A DNA stretch of 64,000 bases from Methylococcaceae bacterium (GTDB lineage Bacteria; Pseudomonadota; Gammaproteobacteria; Methylococcales; Methylomonadaceae), in contig DUCI01000090.1 of NCBI GenBank assembly GCA_012959905.1, positions 4,384 through 68,383 of the forward strand, given 5' to 3'. Below, in pieces: positions 1 through 12,096 of this stretch (the stretch's first letter is position 1; each line of letters starts with the position of its first letter). Made by a program: the position numbers and the translations under genes. Below the pieces are notes generated by a model. The model saw nothing but the letters and a program-made list of their open reading frames with translations. It ran no database searches and had not been told where the DNA came from.

Positions 1-1
1 A

Positions 2-406
2 TACGGTGATATGGCGGGCGGTTTCGCACCGTTGAAAGATGTTCCAAAATTATTGGTCTATCAATTAGCAGCGTATCGGAATCAGATATCTTCGGTGATT
101 CCAGAGCGTGTTATAACGCGACCACCATCGGCTGAATTAGCACCGAATCAAATTGATGAAGATTCATTGCCTGCCTATTCTGATTTGGATCCTATTCTAA
201 AAAGGTACGTTGAGCAGGACCAGAGTGCAGAAATGATAATAGCGGCAGGGTATACAGAAGCGGATGTATGTCGGGCTATTTCGTTGGTAGATCGAAATGA
301 ACATAAACGTCGTCAGGCTCCGCCAGGTATACGTATTACTAAGCGGGCTTATGGGCGTGAGCGGCGTTATCCAATTACCTCAGGGTATCGCGGGGTAGAA
401 GTGTAG
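2..406 (+). CDS. nadE: NAD+ synthetase, C-terminal fragment (gene begins upstream of the window)
   Basis: The frame is open to the 5' edge. The translation [14 protein letters not shown]...[18 protein letters not shown]...HKRRQAPPG matches the conserved C-terminal region of NadE. Confidence 0.85.
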   Translation, partial: YGDMAGGFAPLKDVPKLLVYQLAAYRNQISSVIPERVITRPPSAELAPNQIDEDSLPAYSDLDPILKRYVEQDQSAEMIIAAGYTEADVCRAISLVDRNEHKRRQAPPGIRITKRAYGRERRYPITSGYRGVEV

Positions 407-423
407 TTTTTTTAGGGTGGCAA

Positions 424-1275
424 CTAGTTTTCCAGACCAATAAATTCCCAAATAGTTTGAATCATGCCGGTATCTTTGTATATGGGAGGAGGCCCATTAG
501 GATAGTTCTTTTGATAAACGCGTTCGGCATCCTTCGCTAAGTCATTAACACCTAAGTGTTCATAGGCTTCTTGCATTATTTTAAGCGCATCGGGGATCGC
601 CGTGGTTTTTTGATAGTTTTGGATGATAGCACTGGCGCGATTAGCGGCAGCGATGTAAGCTTTTCTTTTAAGATAGTACCGCGCTATGTTAATTTCATAG
701 GAAGCCAATTTGTTACGTAGTGCAATGATGCGTTGCTTGGCATCTGGAGCATAGGCGCTATTAGGGAAGCGGCGTATTAATTCGGAAAAAACAGCATATG
801 ATTCACGGCTGTTTACGGGGTCACGTTGCGAGGCGTCAGTGGGTAAAAAACGCGCAATATAACCGGTTCCTTGATTATAGTTGACCAGTCCTTTTAAGTA
901 ATAAGCGTAATCAACACTGGCGTTGGTGGGATAAGTTTTGATGAAACGGTCAGCTGATGCGATAGCGGCTTCAAAGTCGCCATTTTTATATTGTGCATAC
1001 GCTAGGTTGAGTTGTGTTTGTGCAGCATGATCGCCAAAAGGGAAGCGGGCTTGTAACTCTTCATAGCGGGTAATGGCTTTTTGGAAGCTTTTGTTTTCTA
1101 ATGCTTTATCGGCATCGATTTGGAGTTGATCGGATTCGATAAGGCTGCTTATTTCATCCGGGCTTGATAAGTCGAGCGTTTTTAAATAATCACATCCGCT
1201 TGTGGGCAGTAAGAATACGGTAAGAAGAGTAACTCTGAGTATGCGGTAGAGTCCAATATTTATATTGTGCGCCAT
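424..1275 (-). CDS. bamD: Outer membrane protein assembly factor BamD (TPR lipoprotein)
   Basis: Signal peptide with lipobox LLPTSGC. TPR-like blocks (AYAQYKNGDF, DYAYYLKGL, AAANRA). Divergent from rluD as in E. coli. Confidence 0.9.
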   Translation of the reverse strand: MAHNINIGLYRILRVTLLTVFLLPTSGCDYLKTLDLSSPDEISSLIESDQLQIDADKALENKSFQKAITRYEELQARFPFGDHAAQTQLNLAYAQYKNGDFEAAIASADRFIKTYPTNASVDYAYYLKGLVNYNQGTGYIARFLPTDASQRDPVNSRESYAVFSELIRRFPNSAYAPDAKQRIIALRNKLASYEINIARYYLKRKAYIAAANRASAIIQNYQKTTAIPDALKIMQEAYEHLGVNDLAKDAERVYQKNYPNGPPPIYKDTGMIQTIWEFIGLEN

Positions 1276-1368
1276 GGATTAATTATGTAGCCTGCTGTAG
1301 GTACATTTATTTTTTTAAATGAAAAATTGAGTATACCTTAAATTAACTTTTAACATGACCAACGTTGA

Positions 1369-2313
1369 ATGAATTTTATGATCAAAATAGTACCTTTTGA
1401 AATGGCCGGTTTTCGATTAGACCGAGCGCTTGCAGAATTATTCCCAGAATATTCTAGGAGTCGATTACAGACATGGATAAAGTCAGGGCGTGTGTTGGTC
1501 AATGAGGAACAATTACGACCCAAGGTCTTGTTGAAAGGCGGTGAAGTTATCGTACTTAATGCGGAAGCTGAAGTTATTACGACCATGGAAGCAGAAGAGT
1601 TACCGTTAGAGATTGTTTTTGAAGATTCGGAGATGTTGATTATTAATAAGCCCGCAGGCTTAGTTGTTCATCCTGCAGCGGGCAATTGGTCGGGGACATT
1701 GCAGAATGGGTTGTTGTTTTATGCGCCGGTATTATCGACTATTCCGCGTTCGGGTATCGTTCATCGTATTGATAAAGATACCTCCGGTTTATTGATGATA
1801 GCAAAGACCCTCACGGCCCATGCGCATTTGGTGAACCAATTACAAAGTAGAACCGTTAAGCGAGAGTATTTAGCGATTACACAAGGCAGAATGACTTCGG
1901 GTGGAACAGTCGATGAGCCGCTGGGTCGTCACCCGGTTAATAGAAAGCGTCAAGCCATTGTGGCGTCGGGGAAAGTGGCAATAACGCATTTCAGGGTATT
2001 AGAACGTTATCGGCAACATACTTTAATTGCGGTAAAGCTAGAAACAGGACGAACGCACCAAATCAGAGTACACATGGCGCATATTCATTACCCGTTATTA
2101 GGCGATCCCGTTTATGGGGGGCGATTTAGGCTACCCAAAAATTGTGGCGCTGAATTGGCCATAGAGTTACAAGGTTTTAAACGGCAGGCATTACATGCGG
2201 CTAAGTTAGGGGTAATTCATCCAGGTACCGGTGAATATTGTGAATGGACCGCCGAATTGCCGGAAGATATGGATAAACTTACGAAGGCATTAGCGACTAA
2301 TGATAAAATGTAG
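1369..2313 (+). CDS. rluD: 23S rRNA pseudouridine synthase RluD
   Basis: N-terminal S4-like region, catalytic HRIDKDTSGLL motif and GRTHQIRVH block. The start could be one of the nearby in-frame ATGs. Confidence 0.9.
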   Translation: MNFMIKIVPFEMAGFRLDRALAELFPEYSRSRLQTWIKSGRVLVNEEQLRPKVLLKGGEVIVLNAEAEVITTMEAEELPLEIVFEDSEMLIINKPAGLVVHPAAGNWSGTLQNGLLFYAPVLSTIPRSGIVHRIDKDTSGLLMIAKTLTAHAHLVNQLQSRTVKREYLAITQGRMTSGGTVDEPLGRHPVNRKRQAIVASGKVAITHFRVLERYRQHTLIAVKLETGRTHQIRVHMAHIHYPLLGDPVYGGRFRLPKNCGAELAIELQGFKRQALHAAKLGVIHPGTGEYCEWTAELPEDMDKLTKALATNDKM

Positions 2314-3031
2314 CGTCGAGGTTGAATGGCCAGTCCCTCAAAGGATACATGCCGTTTCAACAGTTCGCTATGGCGGGGTTAGCACGGGTCCTTACGATAG
2401 TTTTAATTTGGCTCTGCATGTGGGTGACCGGGTACAGTCTGTACGTGAAAATCGTGAAATTTTGCGGCAGCAATGGATGTTGCCAACCGAGCCTGTCTGG
2501 TTAAATCAGGTGCACAGCAATCAGGCTGTTTGTGCGGATGGTGTTACGGCAATACCGGAAGCAGATGCTAGCTTTACGGATAAACCCGGCGTTGTTTGTG
2601 CCGTCTTATCTGCGGATTGTTTACCCGTTCTATTAGCGGATAAAAAAGGTCAGTGGATTGCTGCTGTGCATTGTGGGTGGCGTGGATTATTAACGGGTAT
2701 CTTAGAAAATACGTTGAAGGCAATGCCAGATGTTAATTTTATAGCATGGTTGGGTCCGGCTATAGGGGGCACAGTTTTTGAAGTGGGCTCTGAGGTGAGA
2801 GATGCTTTTATGAGCAAGAACCCTAGGATGGTAGATGCTTTTAGCCCTGTGGATGGGGGGCGCTTTTTAGCAGACATCAATAAGTTAGCCCGGTTGATTT
2901 TAAAGGATGCGGGTATAGAGGGTATTTACGGGGGCGAATATTGCACGTATACGGATACGCGTCGGTTTTTTTCTTATCGAAGAGATAATGTGACTGGACG
3001 AATGGTTTCACTGATTTGGAGAGAGTTTTAA
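2300..3031 (+). CDS. pgeF: PgeF/YfiH laccase-domain protein
   Basis: ADCLPVLL and HCGWRG motifs of the YfiH family. Follows rluD with a 14-nt overlap, the conserved rluD-yfiH arrangement. Confidence 0.85.
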   Translation: MIKCSVEVEWPVPQRIHAVSTVRYGGVSTGPYDSFNLALHVGDRVQSVRENREILRQQWMLPTEPVWLNQVHSNQAVCADGVTAIPEADASFTDKPGVVCAVLSADCLPVLLADKKGQWIAAVHCGWRGLLTGILENTLKAMPDVNFIAWLGPAIGGTVFEVGSEVRDAFMSKNPRMVDAFSPVDGGRFLADINKLARLILKDAGIEGIYGGEYCTYTDTRRFFSYRRDNVTGRMVSLIWREF

Positions 3032-3037
3032 TAACGC

Positions 3038-5563
<2,526 letters not shown>

Positions 5564-5679
5564 TTACATAGTAAAGCGAAACCTGTGGTTAGGTTTGTAT
5601 TTGTTGTTGTGGGATGCCTCACAATTAGGCTAGGAGGTGTTAAGTTGTCGTATAATAGTCTGTAGAGGAGGTCTGACAT

Positions 5680-6192
5680 TTGCGGAATAATAGTGATTTG
5701 ATTCGTGGTTTTCCAGCACTAGTCAATATGGATTCTAAAGTTCTTGTATTAGGGTCAGCGCCCAGTCAGGATTCACTTAAAAAACATCAGTATTATGGCC
5801 ATGACCGTAATACATTTTGGTTAATTATAGGGTCTTTATTTGGCGCTCAAGAATTAACGACGTATGAGCAGAAGGTCGCTTTGTTATTAACCCAAGGAAT
5901 TGCTGTTTGGGATGTTTTACAAAGTTGCCAACGCGAAGGGAGTTTAGATGCGAAGATCAATCCGCAAACCATAACGGTTAATGATTTTAATATTTTTTTT
6001 AAAACATACCCCTTAGTAAGAACGGTGTTTTTTAATGGCCAGGTCGCTGAGAAAATTTTTCAACGTCGAGTATTGCCTGAGCTAGCGTATGCATTAGATT
6101 ATTATCGATTACCGTCGACGAGTCCTGCCTATGCAGCAATGACGCTGAATGAAAAGAAAAAGCAGTGGCAACAAATATTAGGCATGCTTTAA
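5680..6192 (+). CDS. DNA-deoxyinosine (hypoxanthine) glycosylase, UDG superfamily
   Basis: GFPALV...VLVLGSAPSQDSL...QYYGHDRNTFW...LPSTSPA blocks typical of family-6 UDG/HDG enzymes. TTG start preceded by GGAGG 7 nt upstream. Confidence 0.7.
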   Translation: MRNNSDLIRGFPALVNMDSKVLVLGSAPSQDSLKKHQYYGHDRNTFWLIIGSLFGAQELTTYEQKVALLLTQGIAVWDVLQSCQREGSLDAKINPQTITVNDFNIFFKTYPLVRTVFFNGQVAEKIFQRRVLPELAYALDYYRLPSTSPAYAAMTLNEKKKQWQQILGML

Positions 6193-6241
6193 TAGCGATT
6201 TGTCGTCAATGGTATGGCGTTAAGGTAATTTAGGAGGTCGA

Positions 6242-6430
6242 TTGGAAACATTATCAATGTGGGAGAATATGGTTCTAGGGGTAATTGTTTTAGGCGTGTT
6301 ATTTTTATTCACCCCTAATATAAAGTCCTCTATGAGAAGAAATCGTGATGTTCCCTCAGACTGGATGGCGGCCATTTTACCGATTGGATTAGTGGTTTTA
6401 TTTGTTGTTTTCTTATTGGTTGTAGGATGA
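6242..6430 (+). CDS. Small two-TM membrane protein (hypothetical)
   Basis: 62 aa with two hydrophobic helices. TTG start lies 4 nt after a perfect AGGAGG (6232-6237). Its TGA stop is 1 nt before the yjgA ATG, which suggests coupling. Confidence 0.5.
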   Translation: METLSMWENMVLGVIVLGVLFLFTPNIKSSMRRNRDVPSDWMAAILPIGLVVLFVVFLLVVG

Positions 6431-6431
6431 T

Positions 6432-6953
6432 ATGAAAGAGTTAGAGTCAATAGAGCTTGATAAGCCAAGTCGTTCGCAATTAAAGCGGGAAGATCAACTT
6501 TTACAAGTGATGGCAAAAGAATTAGTGGAGTTATCACCAGCCAGTTTAGCGGCTTTGAAGTTATCTGAGCAGTTAATGGATGCGATAACTTCGGGTGCGG
6601 CGATGCCTTCGAATAAAGGCGCTCGAAAAAGACAGCTTAAATATATTGCAGGGATATTGCGTGCAATGGAAATGGATGTTATTCAAGAGCGTTTGGATGT
6701 ATTTAAAAATAAAAGCGCTCATGCTGCGCGTGAGTTGCATAAGGTAGAGCATTGGCGAACCCGGTTACTGTCAGAAGATAAAGCGGCTTTAACGGAATTA
6801 TTAGATGCACATCCAGAAGCGGATATACAATATTTACGTCAGTTGGTGCGTGCTGCAAAAAAAGAAATGAAGCTGGGTAAGCCTGCAAAGTCAGCACGGT
6901 TATTGTTTAGGCTGTTAAAAGGGTTATTTGATGAAACCGATCAATTAAGTTGA
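6432..6953 (+). CDS. yjgA: Ribosome-associated protein YjgA/DarP (DUF615)
   Basis: KPSRSQLKRE...RKRQLKYIAGILR blocks match the YjgA family. 173 aa. Confidence 0.85.
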   Translation: MKELESIELDKPSRSQLKREDQLLQVMAKELVELSPASLAALKLSEQLMDAITSGAAMPSNKGARKRQLKYIAGILRAMEMDVIQERLDVFKNKSAHAARELHKVEHWRTRLLSEDKAALTELLDAHPEADIQYLRQLVRAAKKEMKLGKPAKSARLLFRLLKGLFDETDQLS

Positions 6954-8035
6954 AATAAATCCAGTTGTTGAGGCTGGCAGACGATGCTTTTGGGTTCTAA
7001 GGATGAAAAGGTGATGCCCAGTAACCGAACTTTTCGTTGGCCAATGGCGGTTTTCTTGATCAATGCAGTCAGAATTTCTTGCTCCAGTCCTTGATTGGTT
7101 AGGTACTTATGACTGGTTCGGCTACGAGTAATTTGCTCAAAGTTCTCATATTTTACTTTAAGGGTAACGGTCAAGGCGTTAAACTCTTTTTTTTGTAATT
7201 TTGCAAAAGCAGTTGAAAATAAACCATGAATAGATTGTTCAATAACAACAGGGTCGCTGAGATCGTTAGAAAATGTTGTTTCAATACCGACTGATTTTAT
7301 GGCTCGGTGTGGACGAACGGGACGGTTATCTTGATTGTGCGCGATGTGGAAGTAATGTAACCCAGTTTTGCCAAAATGGTGTTGTAATTGTTCTTTGCTT
7401 AATGCTTTGAGGTCTTTCCCCGTATAAATACCTAGAGCATGCATTTTTTGCTCAGTAGCTTGGCCGATACCATGGAATTTACCGATGGGTAATTGTTCAA
7501 TAAATCGGGGTCCTTGTTTGGGTGTAATCGTAAAAAGCCCATTAGGTTTGTTGATATCAGAAGCTATTTTGGCGAGGAATTTATTATAAGAAATGCCTGC
7601 GGATGCTGTGAGTTGTGTTTTTTGCTTTATTTTTTGAATAATGTCTTGAGCAGTGCGTGTTGCAGAATGATTAAAATGATGAGTCGTGGTCACGTCAAGA
7701 TAGGCCTCATCTAATGAGACCGGTTCAACGAGCTCAGTATATTCTTTAAATATGCCGCGAATTTGTTCCGAGACGTCTCGGTAAGCGTCGAATCTGGGTT
7801 TTACAAAGATAGCATGGGGACATAAACGTAAAGCTGTAGATGATGGCATAACAGAATGAATGCCAAAAGCACGGGCTTCATAACTGCATGTGGCAACCAC
7901 ACCTCGGCTATTAGGCAAACCACCGACGATGAGCGGTTGGTCTCGGTATTGTGGGAAGTCACGTTGTTCGACGGCAGCAAAAAAAGCATCCATGTCGATA
8001 TGAATGATCTTTCTTAGATTTATTTGCGCATCCAT
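6941..8035 (-). CDS. dinB: DNA polymerase IV
   Basis: IIHIDMDAFFAAVEQRD and SLDEAYLDVT catalytic motifs. 364 aa Y-family polymerase. Confidence 0.9.
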   Translation of the reverse strand: MDAQINLRKIIHIDMDAFFAAVEQRDFPQYRDQPLIVGGLPNSRGVVATCSYEARAFGIHSVMPSSTALRLCPHAIFVKPRFDAYRDVSEQIRGIFKEYTELVEPVSLDEAYLDVTTTHHFNHSATRTAQDIIQKIKQKTQLTASAGISYNKFLAKIASDINKPNGLFTITPKQGPRFIEQLPIGKFHGIGQATEQKMHALGIYTGKDLKALSKEQLQHHFGKTGLHYFHIAHNQDNRPVRPHRAIKSVGIETTFSNDLSDPVVIEQSIHGLFSTAFAKLQKKEFNALTVTLKVKYENFEQITRSRTSHKYLTNQGLEQEILTALIKKTAIGQRKVRLLGITFSSLEPKSIVCQPQQLDLFQLN

Positions 8036-8076
8036 TGGTTCAAGGCGAAAAAGGGGCGATCAAAGACTTTTCAGCC

Positions 8077-8385
8077 TTAGCGGCTGGTATTAGATTTGTT
8101 TTCTAAGATCTCCGTCAAAGACCACTCTGAAAAAGGAAAGGGTAGTCGTTCGCTGTTGAAGGTTAAAAATAATACGATATCGTAGAGGTAGATTGATAAT
8201 TTTTTACCAAAACCAAGAATGTTAGTATTCGGGCTGCCTGTCAATAGCATGGATGCGATTTGAAGAAGGATGATGAGTTGCAATACTATTTGAACCAAGC
8301 CGACAATGACAGCAAAGATAGCCATAAAGAAAATACGTTTCCAGGTGCTTATTTTTTGGAGGTTCTGATTAAAATCCTCTTTCAT
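8077..8385 (-). CDS. DUF4389-like small membrane protein
   Basis: 102 aa with two hydrophobic segments. The family call comes from overall resemblance only. Lies immediately downstream of the DUF2333 gene on the same strand. Confidence 0.55.
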   Translation of the reverse strand: MKEDFNQNLQKISTWKRIFFMAIFAVIVGLVQIVLQLIILLQIASMLLTGSPNTNILGFGKKLSIYLYDIVLFLTFNSERLPFPFSEWSLTEILENKSNTSR

Positions 8386-8435
8386 GTGTACGTTCCCTTA
8401 AAAGTAATGAGTAGCGAAAAGCGAAAACGGTGATT

Positions 8436-9416
8436 TTATCCGCGCATCATAATGTCGCGTAAATCTAAGGTTGCGGCATTAGCTCGAGTAATATAAGTCG
8501 CCATGGTGAGTGAGTAATTGGATAAAATTCCAAAACCATCACCATTCAGAATCATAGGGCTCCAGATGGGGGTGATCGCTTTTTCTAATTCGTGAATCAC
8601 ACGCTTCATCGTTTCAGTCGCATTTTTATTGGCTAGAACGTTACCGAAATCGTGTTCGACGGCTTTAAGGAGATGGACCAGCGCCCAGGTTGCTCCGCGC
8701 GCCTCCCAGAAAACATCATCAATCTTTATCCATGGGGTTTGTTTCATAGCCTCATAACGTTGGTTGACGCCATCCGATTGGAGTCGGCCGGTGCTGGCAA
8801 TTAAACGGGCAGAGAGACCGCCTAAACGCTTTTCAACAACTTCAAAATATTGCCTTAGATTGTCCGCGCGCGAATAAAATTGAGCTCGATTGTTGAGAAG
8901 ACGGCCCATATAACCTTTGAGGGCTTTCGCTCCTTTGCTATATTCCCCTTCTGTTGAAGGGAGTGCCCAAGAATTGTGTTGATAGTAAAATGACGGTTCT
9001 GCTCTTGCTAAATCAGGATCTTCATTGGATTGTGATTGTGAGCGGGCGAATTGATTTCTAAGTGCTGTTGCGCCATCACGAATCATTACTAGGGCGCCAA
9101 ATTCCCAGCTGGGCATATTGTCAAGAAATACACTGGGAGGAGCAATGTCGTTGCTTAAGTAACCCCCATTTTTTTCTAAAATGGTATCGGCAAGAACGGA
9201 AAGCGTATTGCTATAGACATAGCCGGTAGGGAGTGCCCGTGTAGTCGTTTTTTTGGCTGTTATAAGGGCTCGTTTTTGAACATTGAATTGGTTCGGTTCC
9301 AGTGAAATATATTGTGCATATATAGTGGTTAAAATCATGGCTACTAGAAGAAAGAAGCCAGTTGCCCAGAGAGCCCCACGGTATCTAATATTATCAATAA
9401 GTGTACGGAACGTCAT
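8436..9416 (-). CDS. DUF2333 family protein (N-terminal TM anchor)
   Basis: 326 aa with a single N-terminal TM. Blocks GGYLSNDIAPPSVFLDNMPSWEFG and ARGATWALVHLLKA resemble the DUF2333 family. No characterised function. Confidence 0.6.
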   Translation of the reverse strand: MTFRTLIDNIRYRGALWATGFFLLVAMILTTIYAQYISLEPNQFNVQKRALITAKKTTTRALPTGYVYSNTLSVLADTILEKNGGYLSNDIAPPSVFLDNMPSWEFGALVMIRDGATALRNQFARSQSQSNEDPDLARAEPSFYYQHNSWALPSTEGEYSKGAKALKGYMGRLLNNRAQFYSRADNLRQYFEVVEKRLGGLSARLIASTGRLQSDGVNQRYEAMKQTPWIKIDDVFWEARGATWALVHLLKAVEHDFGNVLANKNATETMKRVIHELEKAITPIWSPMILNGDGFGILSNYSLTMATYITRANAATLDLRDIMMRG

Positions 9417-9552
9417 AGTGTATGCTTTACCTGTGTTGTCAGACCGTTGAAGAAATCATTATGATCGTTATGTTATCAGAAAAGACAAGGTAAGTTATTG
9501 AAACTGATATTTTTTAAGGAAAAAAAGGGGGCGTGTTATAACCTCGAAAAGG

Positions 9553-10452
9553 CTATTTTTTAGCACGCGGGTGAGTATTGTCATAAACAGCTATTAAATG
9601 TTGAAAATCAAGGTGCGTATATATTTGAGTGGTGCTGATTTTGCTATGGCCCAGTAATTCCTGAACTGCGCGTAGATTTTGACTGGATTCTAAAAAATGG
9701 CTGGCAAAGGAGTGGCGTAGCATGTGGGGGTGGATATGGACGGGGCTATTGCTTTTTTTACACCACTGGCTAAGTCGACTTTGTACGCTACGGTTGCTCA
9801 GGCGTTTGCCGTGTTGGCTAAGAAAGAGTGCCGGATTGTTATCATTATTGAGAGTTAGTCGTATGGGCCGCCACTTTTCTAGCGCGGATAGTGCTTTCCC
9901 CCCAATAGGGACTAAGCGACTTTTATGCCCTTTTCCTTGCTGAATAGTGACCATTTGTTCGGAAAAATCGATATCTACAAGATTTAATTCGGTGAGTTCT
10001 GAGAGTCGAAGACCACAGGAATAGAATACTTCAAAGATAGCAAGGTCACGGGTTTCTAGTCTTGATTGCGGTTGTGTTTCAAGTAAGCCATGAATTTGAT
10101 CAACATCAAGTGTTTTAGGCAGAGAGTTGTTGGTTTTTGGTGCGCGCAGATAGCGAGCTGGATTATCCTGTAAGTGATCGTTTTTAATGAGGTAATTAAA
10201 GAAGCTTCGGATGGCAGATAATTCTCTTTGTAAACTTTTACCGCTTAGTCCTAGGCGGTGGCGGCCAGCAATATGATTTCTGATATCAGGGTATTGTAGT
10301 GTAGACCAGTGGGTAAATGATTTTTGCTCGCAAAATAGCGTGAGTTGTTTAAGGTCTCGGCGGTAGTGCGTTACGGTGTTTTTAGAAGCTCGTTTTTCAT
10401 AGTGGAGATAGTTAAAAAAGTCAGTGAGTAAAATAAGGGCTTCAGGACTCAT
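9553..10452 (-). CDS. xerC: Tyrosine recombinase XerC
   Basis: C-terminal HMLRHSFASH...LLGHSKISTTQIYTH with the catalytic Tyr. Sits in the conserved dapF-DUF484-xerC context. Confidence 0.85.
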   Translation of the reverse strand: MSPEALILLTDFFNYLHYEKRASKNTVTHYRRDLKQLTLFCEQKSFTHWSTLQYPDIRNHIAGRHRLGLSGKSLQRELSAIRSFFNYLIKNDHLQDNPARYLRAPKTNNSLPKTLDVDQIHGLLETQPQSRLETRDLAIFEVFYSCGLRLSELTELNLVDIDFSEQMVTIQQGKGHKSRLVPIGGKALSALEKWRPIRLTLNNDNNPALFLSQHGKRLSNRSVQSRLSQWCKKSNSPVHIHPHMLRHSFASHFLESSQNLRAVQELLGHSKISTTQIYTHLDFQHLIAVYDNTHPRAKK

Positions 10453-10487
10453 GAGTTTAACCGCATTTTTTCGTGGTGGTGGCTATT

Positions 10488-11186
10488 TCAGGTGCTGGGA
10501 ACATCATACGCTCGATTCAGGCAGGCAATGAGTTGCGTGGCGATAATTTCACTGATTTGAGTGAGGAAAAGGTGGCCCATATCCGCTTTATAGCGTTCTT
10601 TTTCACGGCTTCCTATGGCAATAATGCCTTCTAACCCGGTAAAGTTCATCGGTATTAGGGCGCAGGACCTAATTTGTAAGGCATTCTCTGCAAACAGTAT
10701 TCGTGCTTGATTAATGGGTGGTTTGCCACATTGGGGTTGATTCAAGGCCAGAACCTCTTTGAAGGCGAGTGCTTCTTTGCTGTCTTTATTAATGAATATT
10801 TCGGCTGTTTTTGGATGGCTGTGTTTTTTTTCATCAAAAACTTTAACGGTAAAAAAGTCGCTTAAAAAACAATTGTTAAAGACTTCGTTTAAGTTTTTTA
10901 CCAGCGTGTCAAGCGTGTGAGAGTCAAGGGTTGCCAGAGTAAGCTCATGCATGCGTTGTGCTGTGAGATCATTTTCTTTGGCGATATCAATTAATTCTAT
11001 AAATTGTCCTTCGACTTGTTGGTGTTTAGTTCTGAAAATTTCAAGTTGTTTAGCGACTAAGGACACAGCCGGGCCACTGAGGTGAGGAACGGAAAGGGTT
11101 TCTAATAACTCGAGATTATTATGAAAAAAGCTAGGGTTTTTTTTGAGGTAGGTTTTGACGTCAGTCTCGGTTATTTTGAGTGTCAT
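10488..11186 (-). CDS. DUF484 (YigA) family protein
   Basis: N-terminal DVKTYLKKNPSFFHNN..LLE motif and a GAF-like C-terminus. Conserved position between dapF and xerC. Confidence 0.75.
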   Translation of the reverse strand: MTLKITETDVKTYLKKNPSFFHNNLELLETLSVPHLSGPAVSLVAKQLEIFRTKHQQVEGQFIELIDIAKENDLTAQRMHELTLATLDSHTLDTLVKNLNEVFNNCFLSDFFTVKVFDEKKHSHPKTAEIFINKDSKEALAFKEVLALNQPQCGKPPINQARILFAENALQIRSCALIPMNFTGLEGIIAIGSREKERYKADMGHLFLTQISEIIATQLIACLNRAYDVPST

Positions 11187-11201
11187 TATTTCGTTTCCGT
11201 A

Positions 11202-12041
11202 TTACAGGGTAATAGTTCCGTTAAAAACAGGGGTAGCCGAACCCGTCATAAAAACAGGTGTGTTACGTCCTTGCCACTGAATAGTTAGCTCTCCACCCGG
11301 TAAGTCCACGCGTACATCTTTTTCTAACATATCTCTTTCAATACCGCAAATCACAGCAGCGCATGCTCCACTGCCACAGGCTAATGTTTCACCGGAGCCA
11401 CGTTCATAGACACGGAGTTTAATGTGGTTGAGGGTGATGATTTGCATAAATCCAATATTGGCACGCTCAGGAAAAATAGGGTGGTTTTCAAGTGCTTTTC
11501 CAAGCGTATCGACCGGGGCGGTCTCGATATCGTTAACGATGATAACAGCGTGAGGATTACCCACAGATACGGCAGAAAAAGACCATACCGTCGTGTCAAT
11601 GGTGACGTTATACAGGGGTGATGCCGGTGATGAGGTGATGAGCGGTATTTGCTCTGGGTTGTGTTTAGGTTGGCCCATGTTCACAGTAATTAAGTCATTC
11701 TGGGTGAAACTGAGTAATAATTGACCCGCACCGGTGTCGACAAGGATATTGTTTTTGGGGGATAATTTTTGGTCGCGAACAAACCGAGCAAAACAACGTG
11801 CACCGTTACCACATTGAGAAACCTCACTGCCATCAGCGTTAAAAATACGGTATTTAAAGTCGGCCGATGAGTCAGGAGAACTGGCTTCAACCAGAAGTAA
11901 TTGATCACAGCCAATACCAAAATTTCGGTTGGCGATAAAACGTATTTGTGCAGGGCTAAGGTTTATCGTTTGATTGATCGCATCAATAACCACAAAGTCA
12001 TTCCCGAGGCCGTGCATTTTTGTGAAAGCTATTGGAGTCAT
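11202..12041 (-). CDS. dapF: Diaminopimelate epimerase
   Basis: FTKMHGLGNDFVVID, the SQCGNGARC catalytic Cys and GETLACGSGACA. Confidence 0.9.
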   Translation of the reverse strand: MTPIAFTKMHGLGNDFVVIDAINQTINLSPAQIRFIANRNFGIGCDQLLLVEASSPDSSADFKYRIFNADGSEVSQCGNGARCFARFVRDQKLSPKNNILVDTGAGQLLLSFTQNDLITVNMGQPKHNPEQIPLITSSPASPLYNVTIDTTVWSFSAVSVGNPHAVIIVNDIETAPVDTLGKALENHPIFPERANIGFMQIITLNHIKLRVYERGSGETLACGSGACAAVICGIERDMLEKDVRVDLPGGELTIQWQGRNTPVFMTGSATPVFNGTITL

Positions 12042-12096
12042 AATCCCAAAAGATTCAGGTATAGCGTGTGTTGGCGATTTATTTTGTTCCTTAAAT

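Noticed and set aside
6220-6537. A 105-aa minus-strand ORF overlapping the small membrane ORF and the yjgA start.
   Set aside because: It overlaps the start of a confidently identified gene (yjgA). The plus-strand small ORF has a perfect AGGAGG and stop-start coupling, whereas the minus-strand product is low-complexity (TTNKKTTNKTTN).
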